Positions 48,300 to 60,289 of a DNA stretch of 64,000 nt are shown here, in pieces (the first letter of the stretch is position 1; each line of letters opens with the position of its first letter). The DNA is from Takakia lepidozioides (lineage: Eukaryota > Plantae > Bryophyta), in NCBI GenBank assembly GCA_030704615.1, contig CM060734.1, positions 12,276,001 to 12,340,000 on the forward strand, written 5' to 3'. The translations under genes were made by a program, and so were the position numbers. The notes below the pieces were generated by a model. The model was not told the DNA's origin. It worked only from the letters and a program-made list of their open reading frames with translations, and did not search any database.

Positions 48300-49841
48300 C
48301 TCCCCCTTCCCCTCTCTCCCTCTCACTCTATATTTTTCTCCTTCTCCCTCTCCCCCTTTCTCTCTCTGCTGATAAAAAATAAATAAATAAATGAGGGGGG
48401 GGCTGAGAGCAGCAACACTTGCCCCCACCCCGCCACAAAAAAAAAAAAAAGGTGTGGGGGGCTGAGAGCAACGGAAGCAAGTACTTGCTTCTGATGCTCT
48501 CACCCCCCCCCCCCCCCCCCCCCCCCCCATTGCCAAAACCAAAAAATGAAAGGTGGGGAGGGGCTAACAACAGCAACAACAAGTGCTGCTGCTCTCAGCA
48601 CCCCCCACCATTCCAAAAAGAAAAAACCAAAAGGTGGGGGGGGGGAAGTGACTGAGCTGCAGCTCCCCACCTTTTTTTTATTTTTTATTCCCTCATCTCT
48701 CCCAATCTCTCCCTCTCCCCCTCTCTCTCCCTCTGTCCCATCTGGATGTGGAGAGAGAGGGAGAGAGAGGGAGTGTTCAGGAAAAAAATAAAAATAAATT
48801 TAAAAAAAAAAAAAATGGGGGGGTTGCTCAGTCTATCCCTCTGTCCCTCTTTTTTCCTCATCTCTCTCTCTCTCTCTCTCTCTGTTCCATCAGGATGTGG
48901 AGAGAGAGCGAGAGAGCGAGAGAGAGGGATTGTTGAGGGAAAATAAAATGTGGGGCGGGGGGGTAGTGACTGAGCAGCAACTTCCCTCAACAGTCCCTCT
49001 CTCTCCCTCTGTCCCATCAGGATGTAGAGAGAGAGGGAGTGATAAGCAAAAAAACAATTAAAAATAAAATGAGGTGGGAGCGGCAGCAGCAGCTGCTCAG
49101 TCAACCCCCGCCCCCCCCCCCATCTCTCCCTCTGTCTCATCAAGATGTAGAGAAAGAGGCAGAGAGAGGGAGTGTTGAGGGAATTTAAAAAAAAAAAAAG
49201 GTTGGGGGGGGGGGTTGATTAAGCAGCTGCTGCTGCTGCCCCCATTTTTTTTATTTTATTTTTTCCCCTTCATCTCTCCCTCTGTCGTTGTCCCCCTCTC
49301 TCTCCTTCTCTCCCTCTCTCTCCCTCTCTTTTGTGCTGCTCACAAAAGAAATAAACTAGAGAGGGAGAGAGGAGGCCAAGAATATAGAAAAAGAATGTGG
49401 GGGGAGGGGTTGGGGGGGTGCCGAGTGACTGAGCAACAGCTATTCCCCCTCTCTCTCCCTCTCTCCCTCTCCCTCTATAAATCTTTGGATTTCATCTGGC
49501 CTTAACCTTTTGAGGTTATTTAGTTTTTCATCCCTGCCTTTTTCATCCAAATCTGGATGATTTTATTTTATTGGATGATGAAACTTAATATACAGAAAGC
49601 TAGAATTACCATCTATTTTTTTCATCTAAACTGGATGATCTACATAAATAATGGTTACCTATTATAAAATCCAAGAGAATAATAAAACTACCATCATAAA
49701 TGATGGCAGTTATTAAACCTAAACCTATACCATAACCCTAAAAGATACATTTCTATGGGATGTCATCCAGTGACAAAATGCCTATCTTGGTAAAATGTGA
49801 TATTTCATCCATCCTGGATAAAAAATCGGGAAGTTTTGCCC
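48300..49841. repeat. Low-complexity TE subterminal region with CT/GA hairpins and CATCC/GGATG motifs, ending in a TIR-like GGGAAGTTTTGCCC|TAA
   Basis: Homopolymer runs, repeated GCTGAGAGCAGC/TGACTGAGCAGC, four CATC-NN-GATG cores, and a CCC|TAA end at 49841. Confidence 0.55.
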
Positions 49842-51189
49842 TAAGCAGGCCGACACACTTCAAGCACTGAACTCGTGCTTCAGTGAACCTTGATGATGCG
49901 CCGTATAAACCTGCTCCCCTGCTGCTACATGGTACTCGTGATTGATGGCTCTTGGGATGCGCAGTGGTGGTTAAACAGATTCTTCTATGGCAGATGACAA
50001 AGCCGTGATTGCTCTGATCAGGAACTCATGGTTCTTTATTTTGCAGCGGCGCTTTTACTCCTTGTTGGGAAGTACTCTATCCCTATTTATCTACATATTA
50101 CTTGTTGCTCTCTCTTCGTGTATGAGCCACTCTCTAGCTGTGAACGCTTCTACTCTGATTGCGTTCTGTTGGAGACAATCTGTTGGACGCCATGACGCAG
50201 GGCATACCACAAACACTCAAGGTTTTTTGAGTTTACCATTGCTTGAATTGTGATCTGTACTTGCTTTAGAATTCAACACTGACATGGATAGCAACTGTGA
50301 AGACCTGCCACTTATCTGTTGCATCCTCACTAACACACATCGCTATGTGGTGGTTTTTGGGACGGGCACAGGTGAGGGTCTTCACTTGTCTTGATTTCTT
50401 GAAGCTTGCAGTTCCTGTTCTTGCAAGTGTGGATACTGCTGCTGCCTAAGCTGCTGATGCCATCTGCTGTTTCAAACTGCCACCATGCCGCTTCAGACCT
50501 GCTCCAAGATTGCTCCAATGAGGATCTGCTTCTCTCCTTACCCCTGTTTACGGTTTTTTACAACCACATTTGCATGTGTAGGAGTTTAGCTATGAAGGAT
50601 ACAAGGATACAAAATAGCAGTTATTACTTTGACTGCCTTGATACTTGGCTCTGAAATGAGAACTCTTGGTATGACTATGATGGATCAAAAGGATAGGCTT
50701 TGATAGATAACACACATTCTTCAAGGCCCTCATATCATTTTGGTTTCATGGCTTGATAACAAACTGGGGTTTCTGAGCTGCTCTTTCCCCTTGGCAGAAC
50801 TACTTTATGTGGCCTTAAAATACCATTTTAGGCCTATACCTGCTTAAGGGGGCTCTACACTGTTGTTTCTTCTTCCTTTTTAAGAATCTTGCTTATATCT
50901 TGGTTCTAAAACATCATCTTCAAACCAAACCTGCAATCTGGTTTTTTAAATGAGTTTAAAATGGATTCTTGAGATGATGATGTGTACTATGGTGCTTTCA
51001 TGATATGAATGACCTGGAATCCCACCCTCCCGCCCTGTTTTTTCAGAGACCCTGAAATGTAATTGGGTATTCAAATGAGATTGTAAACATGAAAGAGAGT
51101 GTTAGATGATGCCCTGTAAAGGGCTGTTTTGTCTTTCAATGACAATGACCTTAGCGGTCTTCTCCATGTCTTGACATGACATGTATATC

Positions 51190-51345
51190 TTCCCTCTCTC
51201 TCCATGAAATTGAAACTGAAGGACATTTTTTCTATTGTCCTATATACTATGAGATCCGTGGGGATTCCACTGTCTACTCCGTGGAACCCAATCTCTCACT
51301 GAAGTCTCTCACTATGAAGATCAGAAATGCTTGGCATCTTACCTG
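51190..51345 (+). mobile_element. 3' fragment of the older LINE family
   Basis: EIETEGHFFYCPIYYEIRG..DQKCLASYL matches 63140-63250 and 23150-23380. Confidence 0.65.
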
Positions 51346-51349
51346 CATG

Positions 51350-52330
51350 CGGGCGCCCGTGGCAGCTCCCTCACGTTGGCGCTCCGTCACACAGTCGCAG
51401 GGGCGCGCTCCCCCGCTCAAACAGCAAAAAAAAAACCAAAAAGAGGGAGAAGGGGGAGAGAGAGAGTGAGGGAGAGAGGGAGAATGAGAGAGAGAGAGAA
51501 TGGGACGGAGAGGGAGGGCGCGTGCGGGTTTGAACGTCGTGGCGCATCACCACCACCAGAAAACACGCGGCGCGCAGGGGTAGTTGCGCCCGGGAGAGCT
51601 CGAGAGAAAAAAAAAAAGAGTAGGGAGGGGGGGAGGGGAGGGAGGAAGAGGAAGAGGAAGAGAGTGAGGCAGAGAGAGATTCAGATTGAGAGATTGAGAG
51701 GGGGAGTGAGAGGCGGCCGGTGCAACCGTGGCGCGCCAGTACGGCGATCCCACAGGAAAACCTCGGCGACGCCGATCAGATGCCTTCGCGAAAGGGAGAG
51801 AAGGGCGGCCACCTTGGTAGGAGGAGGAGAAGCCGCTGCGACTTCGGGGAGTCGCAAGAGCGTCGCTGCCGCCTGGGGACATCGCAAGGCAGTCGCAGCT
51901 CTGGCGCAGAGGTGAGTTCAAGCGGCCCCTCATATTTTCTTTTTCTTTTTTTTGGGGGGTTTTTGGTTCATGGGGTTTTGCAGGGATCATTTGGGTTTTT
52001 GGGTCTTTGGTTATTAGGGTTTTAAGGGTTACATAGTTTAGTTTAGGGTTAGTTATAATATAGTTTTGTTTTTAGGGTTTCATTTTTGCGGGGTGGGGAC
52101 ACATGGCTTTATGTTTGTAGGGTTTTTTTTTTCAAGGTTTTACTAGGGTTGGGAGTGTAATTCCACCGGAGGTTACAGTGGGTCACAGTACGGTTGGGAG
52201 AAACGTAACTCCACTGGAGGTTACACTGGGAAGATAGGGTTTAGTTTTTTGGGTTTTTTTCTCGGCGCGCGGGGGGGGGGGGTGATTAATTAGGTTTTTA
52301 GAGTCAAAATGCAATAATTCCTCTACCTCT
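51350..52330 (+). mobile_element. CACTA-like 5' subterminal/promoter region
   Basis: GC-rich GCGAC/GTCGC repeats like those at 480-770, GA tracts, clustered TAGGGTT motifs and a duplicated imperfect palindrome GTAA.TCCAC.GGAGGTTAC (~52157, ~52206). Confidence 0.45.
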
Positions 52331-53129
52331 CTCTCGTGCTAGGTCATGCTGCGTGTTTATCGACGTGTCACACTTAAGGATTCGTTGCCGGACGTACTGG
52401 TTGTGCCACAGCTACCTACTGAGGGCGAGACAGCACGTTCACCTCGTCCGCAAATTAGGCGGCATCGCCATGTCCACCCTTTGCCCCCACGGCCTCCGAG
52501 TCCAGAGGCACGAGCCCCGGGGAGACCCTGCCTGGACCGCCTCCCCAAAATTGAGTATTGGTGCAGTTGGTGTTGGGCCCGACTACCACCTCGGAGCACC
52601 AGACCGATGAGGCAGTGACCCCATGTTGTGCAAAAACATTACCGCTTGTACCAGATTGCTGATGCAGCAAATGTAAGTCGTCCTCATAGCTTCTGATGTA
52701 CTCCTCAATTAAAAGTATTATATCTAATGAAACTTCGCGTTTGTGAATTGAGTATTGATGCATTTCATATCATGCATCTTGCAGCCCCGTCTTGATATCC
52801 AAGCTCGCAATTTTTTTGCTCAAGAGGCATACCGATGCAGGTTTCTTCCTTCTTACGAGGCCCATCATGTTTCGGATGTCAAAAAAAAATTCTCGTAACA
52901 TGACGTAGATGCAGTTTGTGAGGTAGCGGGGTACGATGCACGTTTCTTTATTTTTGGGCACTGGGCCAGGCGTTTGCCGCCTGCGCACATACATTCGTCA
53001 TCCTCGACATTGCCACCCCCATCATCACCATGATCCGCATCTTCCGTTCCTCCTGTTGTGTATGTTCTTTCCTCATCACCATCGCCATCCCAGCCATCTT
53101 GGCCGGTACTACTTCCACGTGAGATCCCT

Positions 53130-53545
53130 CATACCGACCGGCTACGTGTCCCTTCCCCTCCATTGCCGTCTCCACAGCCGCCGCCGAGTCCGTATCCGGG
53201 TTCTTCTGGTCCTCCAGAAGAACCCGGATGGATCCCACCTCCGCCAGGGACTGTGTATGACTTTGACCGATGGCTCACTAGGTTCCCACTCCAGGAGCCC
53301 CCCCCCCCCGCCCCACAACAGTATGGGGGACCCCCACCCCCTATGAGAGGTGGACCAAAGTGCATGGTTGGTCCGCGCCTTCGCCGACCTGAGGACGGCA
53401 CCATACTTCATGGTGGTGCTAGGGAGCTATTCACGAGGGGAGTCCAACCCCATTTCTGGCAATGTCTTGTGCCTCGTCCAGTTCCCATTCCTGAGGTCAA
53501 CCCTTTCTTTTTTGGGGTCGCATGTATTGCATGATGCTTGCAACT
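53130..53545 (+). pseudogene. Pro-rich ORF ending in ..PEVNPFFFGVACIA*CLQ, putative N-terminal half of the TE-borne SET protein
   Basis: The ORF is cut off exactly at repeat family R (53546), the same repeat that abuts the SET C-terminal half at 32810. The PFFFG..C...C motif is recalled as preceding GxGLF in similar plant hypothetical SET proteins (unverified). Confidence 0.4.
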
Positions 53546-54428
53546 GTCAGGAGACAATGTTGACATCTAGATACATCAGATAATTTCTAGAGAACCTCAG
53601 ATTAGGCACATACTAAATTTTTTTGGTGACATCCTCGATTCCTTGACGAATTCGAAAGGTGGACAATCTCATCGAAAAAATCCAAGAGCTTGAGAAAGCA
53701 GCTCGGAATCTAAAGGAGGAGAGAGACAGACAATTGGGTTTTCCCTCCCCTCGAATGCCATCACCAGCGTGGAAGGCTAAGCAAGATAAGCGAGAGTGGG
53801 CTCAAAGGCCAGAAGGCTACGACAAACAATGTCTTATGAACACCTTCTCTCCCTCTCTTGAAGGGAATTTTCGAGAAACAAGGATAGAAGAGAGGGGTCA
53901 ATGGCTAGAAGGCTATGGCCCCGGGATACAACAAAGACGAAAATGGATTTGGAAAACTAGGAAGTTCTGGCACTGAGCTGTTTTCTGAATTTATAGAGAC
54001 ATTTCTCGAAATTATGATCAACTCATAGCCTGCATATGGCATGCTCCCTCATTCTGCAGCTTCATCGCTGGAATGGTTGGAGGATAGCGCATAGTCTTGG
54101 TGCCAATTTGCATCACTTGCTCCATTTGCACGTCGTTGTCTTTGTAGGAGTTGTTTGACATAATCACCTAAGTCGTAGCAGGGATCCACTGTCAGGAGAC
54201 AACGTTGACATCTAGATACATTAGATAACTTCTAGAGAACCTTAGATTAGGTGCATACTAAATTTCTTTGGTGGCGTCCTCGATTCCTTGACGAATTCGA
54301 AAGGTAGACAATCTGATCGGAAAAATCCAAGAGCTTGAGAAAGCAGCTCGGAATCTAAAGGAAGAGAGAGACAGACAACCGGGTTTTCCCTCCCCTCGAA
54401 CGCCATCACCAGCGTGGAAGACTAAGCG
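53546..54428 (+). repeat. Repeat family R in tandem (direct repeats 53546-~53780 and 54190-54428), LTR/TRIM-like
   Basis: A ~235-bp direct repeat starting TGTCAGGAGACAA with a 644-bp period. 53870-53999 matches 32671-32810. Confidence 0.75.
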
Positions 54429-54430
54429 AA

Positions 54431-56290
54431 GTACAATCAGTCATGACCTACAGCTAGTGAATCATGGTTGTGTTTCCCCTTTGTATTCCTTCTTGCCTTC
54501 ATGTTATCAATTTACCTTATCTGATACTGAAGCATCAGTTTGCTTCAGTATCTTCTTAGTTCCAGTTAATCATGCATTCATTTCACAGCTTCACTCATGT
54601 CTCTCTACACAGTGTGCTTGTATCGAATAAGTATCAGATTACGATTTATCAGGTACTAGGCCAATGTCAAGTGACTCTAATCTGCCCTACAGTATCACTA
54701 CAGCTCTGCATGAAGTAAAGCATCTACTATTCATCTCTCCTCCTACTCCGTGCTCTCGTTCTTGCTCTCCGCCTGATCTCCTCTCCTCCATGACCATGAA
54801 GCGCTCCCCCGTGAAGTGTCCTTCTTTCCGTTGCCCCTCTCCTTATCTGCCCGCAAGCTGTTCTAACCACCTAACTAATTAACCGTCATCCCTCACAGTC
54901 GTTCCCTGCCAATGATAATTGTTCCCTATGTACTGTGACAGGCTGTGTCAAGCTGTGCCGAGCTGTGACTGGCTGTGTCGGCTGTGTCGGGCTGTGCGAA
55001 GCTGTGTCGGCTGTGACTGGCTGTGCGAAACTGTGGCAGGCTGTGTCGGGCTGTGTTGGCTGTGACTGGCTGTGCGAAGCTGTGGCGGGCTGTGTCGGGC
55101 TGTGTCACCCCTAAGGCTCATGTTGGTCTCAGTCTGCGCAAAAATTAAGGGTACCCCACAGAACCTGTAAAAGTGTCTAAGTCCCAAGCAGCCCTCTAAC
55201 ATTTACCCCTCCCCCTCTCAAAAAGCCGTGTCCTCACGGTTTATTGTTTGGGATTAGCAAACCTTTGTGAGCGAGCACCCTTCTGACGGTGAAAGTCTCG
55301 TGAAGGACTCCGTGTGCGAGCTCGAGTCCTGTCACTGGTTGACGGAGATGATTGAGCACTACTTGGAAATGTCAGTCCCTCCTTTGGCTGATATCGTGGT
55401 AACCTCTCAGGCATAGGAGATCCCCGTTGTTTCTTCTCTACCATCTGAATTGCGTAGTCCTCTGCCATGTCAAAAGAGTCCGCTGAAGAAACAGTAGTAT
55501 CAGAGTCTTCGTCGCCCCTCAAAGTTCTGAAGAAATTGTATCATGAACTGCCGATGATGCAAGGACCAGTCCTTGCGTAGCAATCCTTCCAATCGCAGCT
55601 TCTTCAGTAGCTGCACCGCCTGTGGTGCAGCAATCGTTTGCTTCTGTAAGATTGTGGTGCTCTTCACCCTTATATCCTCCATTCCTCTCACTCTCTTTAT
55701 TCTAGACAAACAGAAAGGTTTTGGTTGCAACAACTGAAGAAACGCCTGCAGGGCACAAAGCATAAAAGTATGGTTGGCACAGAATGAAATGGGTAAGTGC
55801 TTGTAAGCCTGTGGGGCTTGCAAGAATCGATTTAGAGAAAAGGTACTCTCCGCTCGTCCGTCCTTGTGCCATTGCGTAAGTAGTAATGCGAGTGTGTAGT
55901 CTGTTATTTCCGCCATAGCGTCAAAGCTATAGCTTTGATTGTCTATCCCGTTGAGACGCCCGTTACTTGGAACGACGCTGACTCTTGCGCTCAAAATCCC
56001 TCTAAATTCTTGATTTTTCTTCTTGGAAAATACCCTGTGCAGGTAATTTTGGCTCATGATTGGCTGTTGGCTCTGTGATTGGTTTTGTAATTTAATTCCC
56101 TTCCGTGGATTTACTTAGTGGTGACTTTATATGAAGTCCTGTATGACCACAAAGCTGTCAGCAGCTTTGTATCCCAATCCGTTCTGTTTGCATTGACTAT
56201 CTTAGCCAAGATAGTACATAGTATTTTGTTGGTAGCCTCTGCCTGACCATTACCCTGTGGGTAATACGTTGTACTCTCAGGAGGCTCATC
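54431..56290 (-). mobile_element. Ty3/gypsy 3' remnant: integrase core fragment, extra coding region, PPT and truncated 3' LTR
   Basis: STTYYPQGNGQAEATNK..DWD..LWSYRTSYK (56111-56280). Polypurine GAGAGGGGGAGGGGTAAA is followed by TGTTAG at 55201 on the minus strand. Confidence 0.8.
54933..55108. repeat. GGCTGTG(N)2-3 tandem array inside a gypsy LTR
   Basis: About 18 units of 9-10 bp are visible directly. Confidence 0.9.
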
Positions 56291-56421
56291 TTTCTCGAGT
56301 TGAGCCTCACCGCGCCTAGCTATGGCGCCGTAGTGTGGATTCCCCATGGCATGGGGTGCACTTGGCTTGACTTGTATTTGAGTGATGAGGTTATATATGC
56401 ATGAGTTTATGCTTCAGCTAT

Positions 56422-56945
56422 AGGCTGTGCCCTGTGGCCTGTGGGGCTGTGATGGGCTGTGACAGGCTGTGCCCTGTGGCCTGTGGGGCTGTGATGGGCT
56501 GTGACAGGCTGTGCCCTGTGGCCTGTGGGGCTGTGACGGGCTGTGACAGGCTGTGGCGGGCTATGCCATGTGGCATGTGGGGCTGTGATGGGCTGTGAGG
56601 GGCTGTGAGGGGCTGTGACAGGCTGTGACAGGCTGTGGCCTTTGGGGCTGTGACCCCTGTGACCTGTGTAGGGTTGTGACAGGCTGTGCCTGTGGCCTTT
56701 GGGGCTGTGACCCCTGTGACCTATGTAGGGCTGTGACAGGCTGTGCCTTTGGGGCTGTGAGGGGCTGTGACTGGCTGTGAGGGACTGTGATAGGCTGTTA
56801 CTTGTGGCCTATGGGGCTGTGAAGGACTGTGATAGGCTGTGCCTATGGCCTTTGGGGCTGTGACGGGCTGTGACATGTGGCCTTGGGGGCTGTGACAGGC
56901 TGTGACCTGTGGCTTGTGTGGGGTTGTGACGGCTGTGACCAGTGG
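56422..56945. repeat. GGGGCTGTGA/CAGGCTGTG tandem array with higher-order ~42-bp repeats, within an LTR-like segment (~56290-57552)
   Basis: Visible directly. Three near-identical 42-bp units lie at ~56422-56550. Confidence 0.9.
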
Positions 56946-58029
56946 TCTGAGTGGGCCTGTGCTGGTCTGTGGTGGCCCGTGTTGACATGTGGACGGCCTA
57001 TGCTAACTCGTGGAGGCACTGGTGGACTGCCTGAGGACTAGCATGCGGTCTTGAAGGCCAAATTTTGAAGCTCGTGGAGGGCGGTTTGAGGAGTATCTTC
57101 ATGATATTTCCATGGTCATGCAAGTGAGGGAAGAGAGGAGAAAAAGAGTGTTGGGATGAGGGCATGCTGGGGTTAGGCATTGCTTTAGCTTCTCTTCCTC
57201 GTAGTTTTCCACCCTCTCATTAGGCCAAGACCTTTCCGTAGGTGGAGGCAAGAGTCAGTCCGGGTTTGGGCTGGGGTGTCCTTGCAGGAACAACACCGTG
57301 GAGATATTTTTGGTGTGGGGGAGTTGTCGTTCTGATTTCTTGTGTTTGGATTCCCTCCATATCTACATGCTTGACTGTGTGCCATGTTAGTTTTGTGTGG
57401 GCGCTTGTTTTTATAGGTGATTGGTCCGGATTTGATCACCGGCCAGTCCTAGAGCATTTTGTAACGATGCGTGAGGGTGCTCGGCATGAGAGGGAAGTGG
57501 GTCCCCTGCAAGCATCAATATTACATATACCTTGTAATTATGTGTTGCGACGGTAAGAGAGACCAATTCATTCACCAAGCCACACTAGGCTACGGAGAAG
57601 TCATCACCCTTCTGCAGCGGGACACCTCACGTAGGGCTCTGCCAAATTCTCTTTGAACACATACGAGCCATGCCCGCTTCCCACGCTGGTTTCCAGGTTA
57701 CCGTGTGAAGACTTTGCATTTAGGACAAACACATACATTTCGTTCACGGAACCAGGGCAAATGCACATGCCATTCATTGTAAGCGTCTATCTGTGAGTTG
57801 AAATAAAGTGTGTCAATCATTCTGAGCTCAATTCTGCCATATTTTCATATTACTCTTTTTGTGCAGGCATTGCAGACATGGTGCATGGTGGCCCCCTTTG
57901 TTTTGTCCACGGTAATAGGCCCTCTTCTTGCAATCCTCGCCTATAGGACCTGCTTCTCCAGCAGATTTGTGCCGCTCATGCTTCCTTGAAGCGTGAGCTC
58001 AGCTCCCAGGCTCACGGGGCTGGGCTCAC

Positions 58030-60075
58030 GCCGTAGCTACGCTGGGTTTAAAGTCTGTAGAGGCGCCTTTGTTAGTCTGCCTGCCTCACAAAGCATCTTC
58101 ACATGCCCATCAGAAGAGGCATTGTGGACTCCCTCTCTTGATCCTCTTTCAGAAGCTATGGTCATGGTTGAGGTGCCTGATTTTATCAACTGCGCCGCTG
58201 CAGCTGCACTGCCTTTAGTTGACCATCTACCCATGCAGGTTTCTTGTAGCTACTGATCCACATGGAATCATAGGTAATCTAGTGGTATAATTCCAGCTTT
58301 GACGATGTCACCATGGACCTTTGCGTCCTTTCCAGGGCTACCAGGCTCGCATTTTGACATACATGTACACCAGGGGAATGTTCATAATGACATCAGGTAC
58401 AATTCTAGCTTTGATGATGTCACCATGAACCTCTTGGCCCCTTCCCAGGGCTGCTAGGCTTGCATATGCATATTATACACAAATGAACATGACCTGGTCT
58501 GGCTTCATCCTTTCCTACATCCATGGCTCTTAGGTTCCAAAGCCTTAATCCCACACCCATGCTGCACATACCTTGCAATCATGGCACTCCACAACACCAC
58601 ATCTCATTTAGCCATGTTGTCAAACTCTCTCTTCGCATCAGGCTTGCTGGACCAACATTTGGCATACATGTCCACCAGGGTAGTGTTCATAATGACAACT
58701 AGTACAATTTCAGCTTTGACGATGGCACATGGCCAAGAGTTATCCCAATATCCCGCTGTCAATGAGTTCAATGCATATCCTTGTCACATTGGTAGTATCA
58801 TGTCAAAGTCACTCCAAACTAGACTCACTCAACCAGCTATCTTGCAGAATCCAACATGAAAATTTAGGGCCGATTCTGATAAGAGGGAAAGGGAGATCCA
58901 CCCAATGAGCTACTTACAGAATTCTTTATGCATCTCAGGGCCGAGTCTGACGAGAGGGCAAAACAGGCTGAAATAGGTCGAAGAAGAATGTGACATTGTT
59001 TGGCTTCAAGCCGTTCTTTTGCATTCCTTCAAATAGTTACAGGACCTCCCTATGACAACCATGCTGGGCATATCCTACAATCATCGCATTCCATGACACC
59101 ACATTTCATTCAGCCATATTGTCGAACACTCCTTTCGCATCCTCAATGCACCCACATTTGGCATACATGTCCACCGGGGCAGTGTTTTATATGACATCGG
59201 GTACCATTCCAGCTTTGACGATGTCACCATGGACCTCTTTGCCCTTTTCTAGGGCTGCCATGCTTGCACACGCATTGCAAACGGAAACAAACGTGATGTG
59301 GTCGGGCTTCACCCCTTCCCCCATCATTTGCTCATAGGTCTCCAAAGCCTCCATCCCGCGCCCTTGCTAGGCATACCCTGCAATCATCGCACTCCACGAC
59401 ACCAAATCTTGTTCAGCCATACTGTCGAACACTCCCTCCGCATCCTCGATGCACCCACATTTTGCATACATGTCCACGAGGGTATTGTTCAGAATCACAT
59501 CTGGTACAATTCCAGCTTTGGCGATGCAACCATGCACCTCTTTGCCCTTTTCCAGCACACGCACTGCAAACGCACACAACGTGATGTGGTCGGGCTTTCC
59601 CTTCCACCACCATTTGCTCATAGGTCTCCAAAGCCTCCACCCCCGCACCCCTGCTCTGCATACCATGCAAGCATCGCGTTCCACGACACCACATTTCTTT
59701 CAGCCATATTGTTGAACACTGCCTTCGCATCCTCGATGCTCCCACATTCGGCATACATGTCCACGAGGGCATTGTTCAGGATCGGGTACAATTCCAGCTC
59801 TGATAATGTCGCCATGGGCCTCTTTTTCCTTTTCCAGAGCTGCTAAGCTTGAACACGCATTGCAAACGCACACAAACATGATGTGGTTGGGCTTCACCCC
59901 TTCCCCCATCATTTGCTCATAGTTCTCCAAAGCCTCCACCCCACGTCCCTACCGTGCATACCCGACACCACATCTCGTTTAGCCATATTGTTGAAAACTG
60001 CCGTTGCATCCTTAATGCACCCACATTTGGCATACATCTACTGGGAGGGCAGTGTTCAGAATGATATCTGGTACA
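58030..60075 (-). pseudogene. Degenerate PLS-PPR gene fragments (tandem PLS triplets plus a displaced N-terminal piece)
   Basis: EKGKEVHG.I.KAGIVPDVILNNTLVDMYAKCGCIEDAEGVFDSMAEQDLVSWSAMIAGYA, repeated with frameshifts at 59060-60075 and 58260-58730. 58037-58234 resembles the N-terminus of the intact PPR at 10488. Confidence 0.88.
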
Positions 60076-60289
60076 AAAACTTAAGAAAACAAAAATTAAT
60101 GAAACAAGTAGAGAGGGAGGGACATGAAGACTAGTGAAGGACAAATTGAGAGAGACACAGAGACAGGGCGATGGCGCGAGGGCAAAACCTAGAGCAAGAA
60201 AGAAGGAGAGACGTTCGACATCACGATGTGATTGCTTCAAAGAATGACAACGCTCTTCTCTCTAAAAAAACCCTAAGTCCCTTGCAGGT

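Noticed and set aside
48270-49505. Many short Pro/Gly/Arg-Glu-rich ORFs
   Set aside because: These are translation artefacts of homopolymer and (CT/GA)n tracts.
52010-52250. Interstitial telomere
   Set aside because: Only scattered TAGGGTT motifs, not a tandem TTTAGGG array. These are more likely telo-box-like motifs in a TE.
53546-54428. Bona fide TRIM or solo LTR with TSD
   Set aside because: No PBS or PPT and no matching TSD. The sequence upstream of the TG start is shared with the copy at 1603-1707, so the boundary is uncertain.
54933-56945. Repeat-encoded peptides (TARHS.., CDRLCPVACG..)
   Set aside because: These are by-products of GGCTGTG arrays within LTR-like sequence.
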